Source of the DNA: Camelus ferus
Lineage: Eukaryota
NCBI RefSeq assembly: GCF_009834535.1
Contig: NC_045697.1
Coordinates: 66,590,001-66,654,000 of the forward strand
Length of the DNA: 64,000 nt
Direction: 5' to 3'
Under the pieces are notes generated by a model. The model had not been told where the DNA came from. It did not search any database and saw only the letters and a program-made list of their open reading frames with translations. The position numbers and the translations under genes are program-made. Positions 13,501 to 26,000 of this stretch are shown here, in pieces. Position 1 is the first letter of the stretch; the number at the start of each line of letters is the position of its first letter.

Positions 13501-13545
13501 ACCTAGCTTTATTTTTTAAAAGTTATTTTCCCTCATACTTCAGAG

Positions 13546-13986
13546 CAGTTCTTTCTTTTTTGTGCTATGGATCCCTTTGGCAAACTAGGGAAGCCTACGG
13601 ATCCCCGCCTCTCTTCAAGGTAATTTTTAAATAAAAATAATTCATAGTTATAGAAGAAACCAGTTAAGATGTGGTTTTTAGAATATATAAAACACAGTAG
13701 GAATATAATATGTCTTTATTGTGCATTAAACAAGCTGGCAGGTGGCATGACTACCTTAATTTCAAAATAGTTAATGAGTAAATTATACTCTGAGATATCT
13801 GTATTGACTAAGATATAATATGAAAATGTTTGGGATTTCCACTGATGAGAAGGTCACAGATGTTGGTACTGTGATTTGTTGCCTACTTTTATAACTAAAG
13901 GAAATGCTAAATTCAGCTAAACGTTCATAAAAACATAAAATATTTCCCCCCATTCAAGTTCTGTCCTGCCTTCTGTGTAAGAACCT
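13546..13986. mobile_element. hAT-Charlie DNA transposon relic (Charlie4a-like)
   Basis: tttttgtgctatggatccctttggcaaactagggaagcctacggatcccc...gatttgttgcctac...aaggaaatgctaaattcagcta...taagaacc. Confidence 0.75.
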
Positions 13987-14281
13987 TTTGCGGGTCTGTG
14001 GACTTCAGGCTAATCACCCCTGCCTCAGAGGAAATACTGCGCCTCTCCTGCTAAGGCCGGACTCATCACCTGTGGTCTGCCCTCCGACTCCGTTTTCTCT
14101 GGGACCCACTCCACACAGGTATCCCAGATGGCTTTTATATCTTGAATCTCTTCTATCCATGGATGTTTTTCTTTCCTTCCTTGGAATATACATGGTTTCT
14201 TCTATCTTCCATTTCCCACGAGAGCAGTAAAGAGCCTTATTTGCCTGGGTGAGGCCAGCATGGTGCCTGGATATGCTCTTT

Positions 14282-14330
14282 AAATGTTTACTGCTTGTAA
14301 TAAAAAAAAAAAAAATGTTTACTGCTTGTA
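14282..14330 (+). repeat. 18-bp direct repeat flanking an ATA(n) tract
   Basis: aaatgtttactgcttgta at 14282-14299 and 14313-14330 around at+A11. Confidence 0.9.
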
Positions 14331-15069
14331 GAAGGTGCTCATGAAATGTTTAAATAAATTGGTACTTTTCTTTCCAATGGAAATTCAGACTTTTGTCTCA
14401 GTTAGTGAGTGTTACAGCTGTCTCCCTGGTGGTGAAGGGAGGATCCCCATAGGATTAAAGAGCATCATGTAAAAACCCCATTGGTAAACTCAGAAGAGTA
14501 AGTAAATTCAGTTAGTCTGTGAACGTTAACATTCTCAAAGAGGGATATGCTAGATGTCTAAATTTTGTTAAGAAAAGTTGAGATTGGCTCTTTGTCAAAC
14601 CAGTTCATTGATTTCCATGTAAATCTGATGAAGAAGAAGAGAATGGTGAATGATGTGTAACTTGTAACTGTGTTTATGAAATACAGTTAACCTCAGTTTT
14701 GTGACGTTGCAAATGTTTACATACGTTATGTTTAAAAATACAATTCTCGTTTAAATTTTGCACTAGGTTAATATAGACATGAGTTACCTTGGTTTAAAAG
14801 GATAGAATTCAATGACAATAGAATTTAGCTTTGGAGATGTATTCACTGTTATTATTAGAACATGTTTTTTCTCCTTGATACGAGATTATTTTTATTTTAT
14901 CAATTTTTTGAGCTAATTTAGTTTTCTTATAATCCAGTATCTAACATTCTTTGAACACATACCTCTAATTTATGTAACTTTTATATGTTTATTTTATAAT
15001 ATTCTGTTTTCTGTTCTTTAATTACTGAATGGTTACTTGATTTTATTATGTTTACACCAACATAAATGA

Positions 15070-15290
15070 GTCAGTTGAGGCAATTGTAAAGCTAGTAGAT
15101 TAGTGCTTGGCACATAATAAGCACTACACAATAAATAAAAAACCACAAACATATACATACAAACATTTATTCTCTCCAACTAGGTTATAAACTTGTGTGT
15201 CAACTCTTTGACCACAGGACCTTGTTTTTCTACATTCTCTTATCTGGCCCATAGTGGGTTATTAATAAATACTTGTTGCATGGATGTAAG
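15070..15290 (+). mobile_element. MIR 3' end followed by L2 3' end
   Basis: tgtaaagctagtagattagtgcttggcacataataagcac; tctctccaactaggttataaactt...catagtgggtttattaataaatacttgttg. Confidence 0.55.
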
Positions 15291-16736
15291 CCCCTAAGGT
15301 GCAGTGGTCATATAGGGTGGAAGAGAGATGAAGAAAGTAGAGATTTTTATGGTAACTAATGCTAAAAATGAACATGTTTCCTCCTCATGCGTATTCGTAC
15401 TTGGTGCAATGAATATTTCTTACAAATACAAAATGACTATGGTTGTTGCAAGTGGATGAAGAGTAGGGAGGGACAGTATTCAGCTAGGACACACTGGCAT
15501 GGCTGTTTTGGTTCTTTAAGGCCAGCCTCCATTCTCGTTGGAGATAGGTATATATAGGCCACAAGTTGGATAGCATTTTGAATATCATCTGTGGACTTGA
15601 GTGAATAGTTGAAAGAAAAGTTACTCAGTTAAGTTGTGTAGGTAGAAAAAAAACATGTATACACGCATATATGAAGGGAAGATGCTCATAAGATTAATGA
15701 GCATTGTGCAAGCCCTGTTGCTAAATACTGTGTCTAATTTTAATCGCTGATATTTTAGCATATATAGATCATTTATATATGAAAGAACCTATATAAATTA
15801 GTAAACTATATTTTAATGTTATTAATAAGATATTTTAACATTTAACATGTTGATTTTTCTAGTTCCAAATGGCAGTCATGGTAATGGAAGTACATTATTG
15901 GTTTTATTACATTTATATACTCGCTGGTTCAGTAGGGAACTCATATTTTACAGGGTCATGAAGATTAATCAGTAGCATTTGCTTCTTATGATAGGCACCC
16001 ACATTAAAATGATTACATTCCAGATATCTTATTTTTTGGTCATCATTGTCTTATTTCTCCCCCTTAAGAAAAGGCATAGCAACTACTATACTATATGTAA
16101 AGTAATTCTATACTTGCCAATTGATCTTCCCTTGGGGGGCTACGGTAGTTTTTATAAATAGCTTGCTGACTTCGAAGAAACATAGTTCTGTTCTTAGGAA
16201 CTCATCTGGAAAGGGCATTTCTTTGGGGATATGGAGACCATGTGTGGAATTTCAGCTACAGGAAAAATTCTGGGATTTAGACAAAGAAATATTGGCTGCT
16301 TTAACATTGAAGGCCCGTTCGTGAAAAATTGGTTTGCTCTTAATAGCCATATTTTGTTTTTAGAACCTAATATATTGGGGACTCATGGTCCCCAGTCTGA
16401 AGTTTTCAAGTTCCTAGGGACCTGCAAACAGATTTGGTACCACTGCTCATATTATCCTGGTCAAAGGTACTGATGTGAAGTAGTTTATCCTTGATTATTA
16501 AAAATGAGCAAATATTATTGCTTTAAAAAGGCAGTTTGTTTAGTTTACTCAGTTTTCCATGACATGGAGTTCATGGAGTAAAAATAACAAAAAGTTCCTC
16601 TGGGAAAGACTCTTGTCAGTTTGAAGCCTAATCTGTGGGACTGTCACATGTGTGATATTGTTGCCCCTGGAGATTTTTATTGATTGAATTAATATATTCA
16701 TTTGTAAAGCTAAGAACACAAACTAAGGGAGTTTTA

Positions 16737-17027
16737 ATTTTAAAAGTTGAGATGTAATTGACATACATTATATTAGTTTTAGGTGTCCAACATAATGATT
16801 TGATATTTATATATATTGTGAAATGATCACCACAATAGGTCACCATCCATCAGCACACATTGTTACAACTTTTTTTCCTGTGATGAGAGCTTGTAAGATT
16901 TACTCTTAGCAACTTTCAAATATATGATGCAGTATTAACTATGATCATCATGCTGTACATAATATCCCTAGGGCTTATTTATTTTATAACTGGAAGTTTG
17001 TGCCTTTGGACCACCATCGCTCATTTC
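16737..17027 (-). mobile_element. L1 3' end (L1MA9/10-like)
   Basis: ttgagatgtaattgacatac...ttgtgaaatgatcaccacaat...aagatttactcttagcaactttcaa...tataactggaagtttgt. Confidence 0.85.
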
Positions 17028-18119
17028 TGAATTTTACTTGACAGTGAATAGCAAAGTTTAATGAACTGCTTTTTATCCCACATTAAAATTTTTGATGGAA
17101 TATGCAAGTGGTTTTATGATATTCGTGGTGAGAATGTGTGGAGGCCAGCATTTTGTAAATATTTCTATCCTTAATGCAGTGGATATGTGATACTGAATTC
17201 ATATTTCTTAAAGTGACTTTTATTGTACTCGGATTAAGAGATATCAAACAATATCCTTTGCTGTGTTCAGGACCAGTTTTATTTTTGTTTGCTTGTTTAC
17301 TTTTTCCTTTTCTTTGGGTGACAGGGATCATGGTTAGACTAGCAGCCCATGCCACCGTCAAGCTTCAGACACTCTGAACATAGATCACACTCCACCCCCA
17401 GTTTCTCCAGATCATTGCAAAAGCGCTAAAGCTTTTATTGAAGACTCAATTTTCTATGAATTCATTTTGAAACACTTAAACATTTTAAAACATTAGGTGA
17501 ATATTTGTAGGATTATCCCATTTTACAGTCCAATTTAATTTTTAAGAAAGCTTTGCTCATTACATTCTTACATGGCTTAAATATACTGATAAGCACTTCT
17601 CATTCTAGCAATTTACAGTCTTCTCCTTCAAGATGTTTAAAATGCCTAACCGAAATTCTTATTTGAAGTTAAACTTTTTCTGGTTTAGTCTGCAGTTGGA
17701 GTAAAAGTAAATGAGTTATTTGCATTTTCTCTGGACTCCCTTTGTATGTTGGACGGTTGCTATGCAGCTCTCTATTCTTGCTAGCTCTCTTCCTTCATAC
17801 CCCACGCTGCCTCATCTATTTTACAGTTCTCCTTTAGTATCCTGAAATGTTGATGTGATATGGTACTCCACTGTAATCCTATTGTAATTTAAAGGAAAAA
17901 TTACATAATTTTTTTAAAAGTATTAACCAATACGTTTTCAAAAATAGTGTGAACTTCAATATGGAAATGCTTGGGCATGAGCACACAAGGAATAATGAAG
18001 TAGGTAGATTCTTATGCATATGTGTAGCCTCACTATGAAGACTAGAGCCACAGATGGAGACTACAAAAAAAAAATTGGTTGTATCAGAACTAAAAACAGC
18101 AGTGTTGAGAGTGTGGGTG

Positions 18120-18510
18120 TGAGTTTTTGATTTGATGAATCACTTTTGACAAGGTTCTGAACAAACAAATCCCTGACTTACACAGTTGTGTTTTTGAAAA
18201 ATTCAGTGTGTGTTAAAAATCTTTCATGAATACTCCGTGTTTATGTAAAATGGTGTAAGGTTCTAGACTCAGATAATTATAGACATATTTTTCACCCCCG
18301 TGAGTCTTTAGCTATCTATTCAAAGGCCTGAGGGACCCAAGAGCATTCTTTGTTTGGGACTCTTTGGCATTGCAGCGAACATAGCAAGCCTCTCTTCAGC
18401 CCATGAAAAGCAAATAACACTCCCTAGTCGCTGTGCAAACCCAAATGGGATCATTTATTTTCAGGAAGGCCAGTCCTAGGTGATTCTTTTGAGAAGCTTT
18501 GGTTTAGGCT
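18120..18510. mobile_element. hAT-Charlie MER20B-like element
   Basis: gaaaaattcagtgtgtgttaaaa...gtaaaatggtgtaaggttctagactcagataattatagaca...gggactctttggcattgcag. Confidence 0.65.
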
Positions 18511-18827
18511 AAGGTTTTAAACCTTAGTCTCTTTTCTGAAGCGTCAGTAGTTTTTCCTCCCTCCCCTGTAGACTGTCCACTTTTTCCTTGTCTTAATGTA
18601 ATTGACAAGGGTCAGGAATTCACATTTGCTTATCTCAGAATATGCCTGATAGATACTGAATGGTGCAGCTGTAATAATCTAGGAGTACAAATAAATTTTC
18701 AAGCAAATTACCAGTTGCTAACAAACCATTATGGGTGATTACCAAAGAGGTCCTTTCATCTTCTTTTAGTGGAATTCCACTAAAGATCGAGCATTTTATT
18801 TTAAAATATGGGGGGGTGGTAATAACA

Positions 18828-19062
18828 CAAACATTTATGGAACACTTAAGGCATGCAACATAACTGTTTCTTAGCTCTTATTTTTAAGTCTGCTATCCAT
18901 CTGATGAAGCAGGCATTATTAATCTCTTGATTTTACAAAAGTGAAATCAGAGTCATAGAGAGGTTAATTACCTTGCTCAAGGTCACATAGCTATTAAATA
19001 GTAGAGCCAGGATTTAAACTCAAGTTTCTCTGACTCTACAGCAATTGCTCTTAAATTGCTGT
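18828..19062 (-). mobile_element. MIR
   Basis: ttttacaaaagtgaaatcagagtcatagagaggttaattaccttgctcaaggtcacatagcta...gagccaggatttaaactcaag. Confidence 0.85.
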
Positions 19063-20239
19063 GGTGTTAGATGAAATCTTCTTGAAAGTGGATCATCACT
19101 GTTAAAATGTGTCTAGCACGGACCTTCAGAGAAGCTTTCCTAATTTCTGGTAACATTTGTCTGTAATTCCTCTTATTCTCCCTTTTTGGGGTAGCTGTAT
19201 GTATGGGATATAAAAGTGACCGGTATGCAGAAGTTCTCCTTGCTGTTGTTTCAGCGTCAAAGTGGCAGTGAGAAATTGACTTGCCAACATCATGATGCTC
19301 ATCAGCGATAAGCATTTTGAGTTGATGCAAGAGAGCTTCATCTCCCTGTGTGATCTAGGGTGACAGAAAATATGAAAACGCTGCCATGCACTTAACAAAA
19401 ACTACATGAATTATAAAACCCAGAAGGCAGAGGGTAATGCTGCTTTCTGTTTACCACCTTCAACTTCAGCTAATGGGAAAGCCTGCTTTTCATTCATCGG
19501 ATGCTAGTTACCGGTGAAGAAAATGAGTTTACATCGCTGAAACTGGTGATATTTGTGGCTTCTAGGTAAACAGTGCCTTCTAGTCTCCTGTGTGTTACTC
19601 TTTTTAGCATTAATAAATTTATTTAAAATAGTCATGTGAGTAGAACAAATGAGTTATTCTTGTGCTTAACAGTGAAATTATCAGATTTTAACTTATTTAA
19701 AACTTAGAGAGGTTTCCCATTAAAAATAGCATTTGGTTGCAATTGCTGACATACCTTCTTCCAGTTTTCCATTAAAAGACCAATGAAGACTGAGAAAGAA
19801 ACACAGTATTGGAGGGAAAATAAAGACAGACACTTCTAGAAACTTTGATGCATTTCCTCCACCTAGAAGGAACTGGACTGGGGAAAACTGGATGGGGAAA
19901 AGCATTCTCCCATGAAAAGATAGGCTAGCCAGTCTCAAGTAGGGAATGTAGTTTTCTGTTTTCCTAACATCTGCTTGTTCAAACGCCCATCATCTTTAAA
20001 CAGTGAGAGAGTGGGACAGCTCTCCATCTGCTGCAGGGATGCTGTTTTTCTGAGGAAGCTGTGGTATTACCATCACTTCCACCTCCATTCACTTATGTCT
20101 TTCTACATCCATCCAACAGCTGTAAGAATGATAGAAAACAGCAAGAATGTGAGGACAGGGAGGGTTGGAGTTGCTGACTCCTGCATCCTCGAAGGAAGAG
20201 GTCTCCTCACGTAGAGGGCTCAAATGGGAGACTAAATAG

Positions 20240-20800
20240 TAGGCAGTGCAGTCATTAGGTGATCCTTTTTCATACTAGGAGTATTTCAGGAGAAGGTCCC
20301 TCTGCATTCCAGAAGACCAGCTTTAAGTATGCCTGAGAGTCACTGAGGACTGAGCCTGTAACTCCTCATATTCCTGCTACAACACTGGAGAGGAGTTTCT
20401 GTAACCATCAAGAGCACAGAGAGTCAGGCCAAGCCTATGTTGGTGATGGACACCATCATCATCTTAGAAGAGGCAGTAGGAAAATTCAATGTGGAATCTA
20501 TTAACAAATCTGTACTTGAGGATGAAGGCTGATTGTCCTGAAGATGCAGAGAGAGGCACATTTTGGGGAAATATGTGTAACAACTAGAAGAACATTAAGA
20601 AGACAGTTCACCGTAACAGAACATAGAAGGTATGATATCTATGAAACTGCAGCGGAGAGCTGTAAGAGTACAAACTTGTGTTTTAATAAAGGTAAAGAAA
20701 GACGGCAAGAAACACTAAAAAGGCTGGGAGCAGGATTTGTCTGTGTAGGAAGCAAGAATTAATGTTTTGAAAAAGTGAGTCAGTGATATTAAGAACAAAA
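20240..20800 (+). mobile_element. Possible very old CR1/L3 LINE relic (ORF1 esterase plus ORF2 endonuclease start)
   Basis: With frameshifts the region reads VI-GD, GEGP-CIPED, KPMLV, MCNN-EE, YDIYET, EYKL, RLGAGFVCV, in the order of CR1 motifs VIGDS..TEGPICRPD..PLLV..SMGNKQEE..YDIIGITET..GYKL..RGGGVALYV. Confidence 0.4.
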
Positions 20801-20894
20801 TTGAGGGACTTTTGAAAACATTTCATGATATGAAAGTCTCCCTGTCTAATAATGTAGCTTCAGTGTCCCTAAATTGGATGCTAAAAGAACAAGG

Positions 20895-21120
20895 AGAATC
20901 AATTTGGGAAGCTGCTTGCTATCCAAATGTGTTATGATTTACTTCAAAAGTCATTTATGATTTGAAAAGTCATAATAAATGTTAGCACATTATAATGCTC
21001 TCTGAGAAATCCTGCAATAAGGACGTCTTTTAACTTTGCTTGAATTGGTTTATACCATTATACCATAAAACACAACATCTCCCAGAAGAGTGTTCTTTAA
21101 ATACCAGATTGGGAAACAAT
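20895..21120. mobile_element. hAT-Charlie MER103C-like element
   Basis: tttgggaagctgc...ttagcacattataatgctctctgagaaatcctgcaataagga...tttaactttg...ttgggaaaca. Confidence 0.6.
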
Positions 21121-21124
21121 ATGT

Positions 21125-21300
21125 TAAATTTAAAACTATACATATTTATGTGAAATGGAAGTAAATACACCAAATAACTTAAAATTATCTCTGAATAGTA
21201 GAATTCTTACACTTATATGTAAGTCTTAAATTTTCTTCAAAGAATTTCTTCAATGAGAATGCAATGCTTACATAAGAAAATGCAGCAAATGCATTAAAAA
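21125..21300 (+). mobile_element. Old L1M 3' terminal fragment
   Basis: ggaagtaaatacaccaaa...ttatctctgaatagtagaatt...ttcttcaatgagaatg. Confidence 0.45.
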
Positions 21301-23747
21301 ATTGTTAGGGAAATTCCAGCTATAAAACTTAATAGTGATTAGAGGAACCATCATTCTGGTGGAATTCATGTCATGATTATTTTGGTATTACAGAATTTTG
21401 TTAAAATGTGTAGAGATGTTTTGATCAAATTTTTAATGATACAGAATTAGTCCCTCCTTAATTACGAATGGTGAGCTTCAGAAGACTAACAAATTGAATT
21501 ATCTTGAGTCAAAATAGAGTGAAAATAGTGGTTTCTTTATTTTGTTTTAATCAAGAACTGAATACAACCCTTGCTGGTTTATTAACCCCAACCATTTGAA
21601 AAATGGGACAGGGAGGTTAGTTGCTGTTTGTTGATGGTTGAGGAGGGTGTGTGTGTGTGTGTGCTTGCAAACTGTGTGTTTCAGCTTTCTAACTTCCTCC
21701 TCCTCCTCTTCATTTTTAATACATCAGAGTGGAAAACACTAATCCTACCTCGTCAGTCTTTCTCCACCTTTCCAAGTCAACTTAAATTCTAATTATTCAC
21801 AGATGAGATTAAGTCCGAACAATTTTTGTTGATGTTTCTGTGCTGTTTCTTTTACAGAGAACTCTTTCTTTTTGCAGCTATGTTAATATACAGGCACATC
21901 AGTCTAGTTTACTGTTGCCATAATCATATTTTGTTAATGCGAGAATTTTTAGATTAACAGGGAAATCTGGAAGTGATTTAGGTCCTTGCCTTTTTGAAAA
22001 ATTTGAATTGTCCCATCAGACTGTCTAGAGCAAGTTAAATTGGGAGATGAGAGAGTTAAGGTTCAGGAAGCTACACTTTGTTAGAATGGGTAATATTCAC
22101 TGTAAGCTGTAAAGTGAAGTTGAAAGAAACGCATGTTTTAGTTAATAATTTTTTTAAAAAACAGTTTTCTGTCTTTTCAGTTATCCAAACTAATTTTTTA
22201 TGATTCACACTGAAGACTGAAGCACACAACATGAATACTCTTCTCATGAAGGACACTTTAATGCTAGAGTCAGTACACCAGTCTTACTTTGTGTCCTCTA
22301 GTATGTATAGGGTAAAATAGCGTTTCTTCCCCCACATTTATTTACTAGGCAAGACTTAATTTCAGGAGGCCGTCGCACATTTATTTTTGAAACAGTCAAA
22401 GATAGAAAATACTGTAATCCTCATATGGCTAACTCCTGCATTCTTGATTTGGTGAACACTTTGATCAGTGTAGTGTGGCAGTTTTGCAGCCAGATCCTAC
22501 CCCAGGTGGCATAAAGATGAACCTTAAAACAATGGGCTTCAGTGACAAGGCTTTAAAAAAAAAGAGTTAATAGGTGGTAATAGTAACAGTAATAGAGAAA
22601 TTTGTGAAAATAATAAAATATTTTTGAGTTATTTTGGCCTCGACTGTGAGCAAAAATTACTTAATTGCATATCAATGAATAAGGGTGGTATAGTTAGGAT
22701 TTCAAAAGTAAACCGTTCCCATTTCATCCAATGAAAAATCCTCCTTCCTGAGTCTCCAGGAGCTTGGTTAATGTTTTTCCATTGGATCATCGTGGTTTTG
22801 GGGATTTTCATCTGTAACTAATTAGAACAATTAAAACTTGTTTCTTTTTTTAAAATTTGAAATTCTGCCTCCTTGGTGGAACTCTGTAATTGGAGTGAGA
22901 GCAAATTTTTCTTTCCTGCTTCCGTTCTCCCTAACACTTCCTAAACTGGGTGTAGCACTGCTGATAAAGGGAGAAAGTGAAGCTTAAAAGAATTAATGCG
23001 GCTGTTACTTTATTCTACATCCAGATTTTCTTTACTAAGAGGGGAAAATTTGGTCTCCCTTGAATAGGGAAGAAATACAGTAAGATCTGCGAATTAAATA
23101 TGCTATAAACTTCAGGAGCAGAAGTTGTATATTTAGAAGCATATAGAAATCCAGAAATGTCATTAGATGCTGAACAAATACTGTTCCCCAAATAGTCACA
23201 GATGTTACAGAATGAGCGATACATAGTCACAGAGGGCAGTTCTTGAGGACAGGGACCATTTCTTATTTTTTAATTCCTAGGTCTTGAATAGCAGTTACAT
23301 AGAAGGTTTGCTTTTTCCATCAAGAAAAATTTTAAAACAGGGGCATAAAGATTCAATCTGAATTAAATTGTATCTGTCTTACTAAACTTGTTGTGTTGGT
23401 TGGTTTCTTACAGCCAGGCATATCTCTTTTTATAAAGAAGAGGTGTTTGCTACTTACAGTCTTTTTTTTCCCCAAGTTTTGTAGGAATTTGCCCTTCCTC
23501 ATACTAAGTATTGGGATGATAGTATGTTTTATAGTAGTTGCAACCAGCGTTGGAGTTTGGCAGACCTGTGTCGTATTCTAGGCATTTCTGCGGCCAGTCT
23601 CTCCAAGTTCTTGGACTAAATCCACCTAAAAGTTCACTTTTATTTGTCTGTCTTTGTCACAGATCCCATTCCGTTTCATTCTATCCCATTCTTTTATTGC
23701 TTCATATATGTGTATATACTTTTTGTTTTCGTCTTGAGAGTTACAGG

Positions 23748-23985
23748 TAATGTAGTACAGTGATTAAGAGAAAGGGTGTTATGGCTAAACTGGATTCAAA
23801 TTCCACCTCTGCAGTATACATAGTAGCTGGATCATTTATGGTAAATTATTTAAGCTCTCTGTGTGTCACTTTCCTGATGCATAAAATTGGGATCACCCCT
23901 CAGAGCTGTAGCAAGATTAAGTGTGATAACGCGTCTAAAGTGCTTAGAGCAGTGTGTAGTGCACATTTGAATTCCTTTGTCTATC
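23748..23985 (+). mobile_element. MIR, near full length
   Basis: tgtagtacagtgattaagag...ctggattcaaattccacctctgc...aaattatttaagctctctgtgtgtcactttcctgatgcataaaattgggat...aaagtgcttagagcagtg. Confidence 0.85.
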
Positions 23986-25497
23986 TTTGAAGGCTGATTA
24001 GAACTTGATATTACCTGTTTCATCCCAGAGAGTTTTCTGACCCAGTTTGATGTTTGTATTTCGCTTTGACCACACGTGGACTCTTCCTTTGGTGTGCCCC
24101 ACCCATGCCCTGCATGCTCCTGAAATACTATCCACACTGCTCCCGCTACTGGAGTTCTAATGATCCGTGAGGGTGCATGTTAAGCCTCCTCCCCTTTTCT
24201 TACTGTCAAAGTAAAAGCATGGTCCCTGAACTCACAAAATTCATATTACCAAAGCCGATAGCAGACTTTGTGAGGAGTGCAAACACAGAAATTATACTTT
24301 TGGATATCCTGGAACATTCTTTATCACAGCATTGGGCAAAAATGTTACCAAGTAAGTATATGCTGATTATAAAATTGTGCTAATCTGTTTAACAGAACAG
24401 AACTTTAGAAATGGTATATAATAATATAGATCAGAATAGATTTTTTCTGTTTATGATTCCAGTTGTGCACTTAATAATAGATTAGGAATCATCATGGGTG
24501 TTTTTCACATTGTACATTCCCTGAACCTGTTGTTTGGGTAAAATAGGATCATCCTAAGGCTGAATTTCATCCAGGTAGGTCAATAGCTTATGCTTACTGC
24601 TTTATATGGACTTAGGTTGTGAGAAAACCATACATTTTAGTGGAAATAATAATAGTAGTAGTAGTTATGTTTATACAGGGCTTCTTATGTGCTTCAATGA
24701 ACCTGTCTACCAACACTGAATCTTGACTGAAAAGCCTTAAAAACTAAAGAATAAGATGACTTGGGAGATTCCAAATTTAATTATAAATTTTAGGAACTTT
24801 TTTTTTTAATGGAAGATTTTAGTTTAGAGAGTTTTGTGTTTAATAGAAATGGTGCTTCTAGATAGCCCACCAGATTGTAATTGGCTCTGGAGAATGTCAG
24901 ATGGTGGTGGTCACCACAAGAGTAAAGTGGGGCAGTGGAGGACACTGTCCTTGGCAACATAGGGTGGTGAAAAACAGCCCTAGGATTTTTTTTTCCACTA
25001 AAAGTCTCCCTAAGATCTTCAAGCTACTCAAAGTAAAAGGTGAGGAAAATAGTAGCTCTCTGTATTTATTTTGCAGTTACTATAAGGTTTCTAATTTAGG
25101 CTGTGTATTTTCCTTTAATGTTTCATTTTGACATAATATATTTTAAAATGGACTTTTCTTGTGGATAAACATTTTATGGTATGATTTTTCTCAAGTTCTA
25201 GGCGACCATGTGGCTGTGTTTTATTTACTTGACTCATTTGTGATGAGAACCAGACTCAAGCTTATTTCAGAAATAGTGTTAATTATACAAATGAAAGAGG
25301 CAGATCTCTTTTATTTCATCTACACGTTTCAGAGTTGCTCTGTAGTGCATTCCTGAAACTATATCTGAATAATCATACAACATTTTCTCACGTTGGTGGG
25401 TATTTTATACTTACCCATTGGAAGTTATATTTAATTAAATGGCCACGCAATGATGTGTGGTTGTCAGGCAGAATGAGATTCAGCACATGGGTAGCTA

Positions 25498-26000
25498 CAG
25501 TTGTCCCCCCTTATCTGCGGTTTTGCTTATCACGGTGTTTGTTACCCATGGTCAACCAAAATCTGAAAATACTACATGGAGAATTTCAGAAATAAACAAT
25601 TCATTAGTTTAAAACTGCACACTGTTCTGAGTAGTGTGATGAAATCTCACATCTTCCTACCTGGGAGGTGAATCATCCCTTTGTCCAGCATATCTATTCT
25701 GTGTACCCTACCCACCAGTTAATCACGTAGGAGCCACTTTATCGGGTCGACTGTGGAGGTATTGCTGTGCTTGCATTCAAGTAACTCTTATTTTAGTTAA
25801 CAGTGGCCCCAAAGCGCAAGAGTAATGATGTTGGCAGTTTGGGTATTCTCTATCTGTGCCTAATTTATAAGGTAAACTTTATCATAGGCACATATGTCTA
25901 GGAAAAGAGGTGGTATATATGGAGTTCAGTACTGTTGACAGTTTCAGGCATCCACTGGGGGTCTTGGAACATATCCTGCATGGATAAGGGGGGACTACTG
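25498..26000. mobile_element. Tigger-family MITE (MER44-like), complete
   Basis: TIRs cagttgtccccccttatc / gataagggggg actactg with TA target duplication at 25496-25497 and 26001-26002. Confidence 0.92.
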
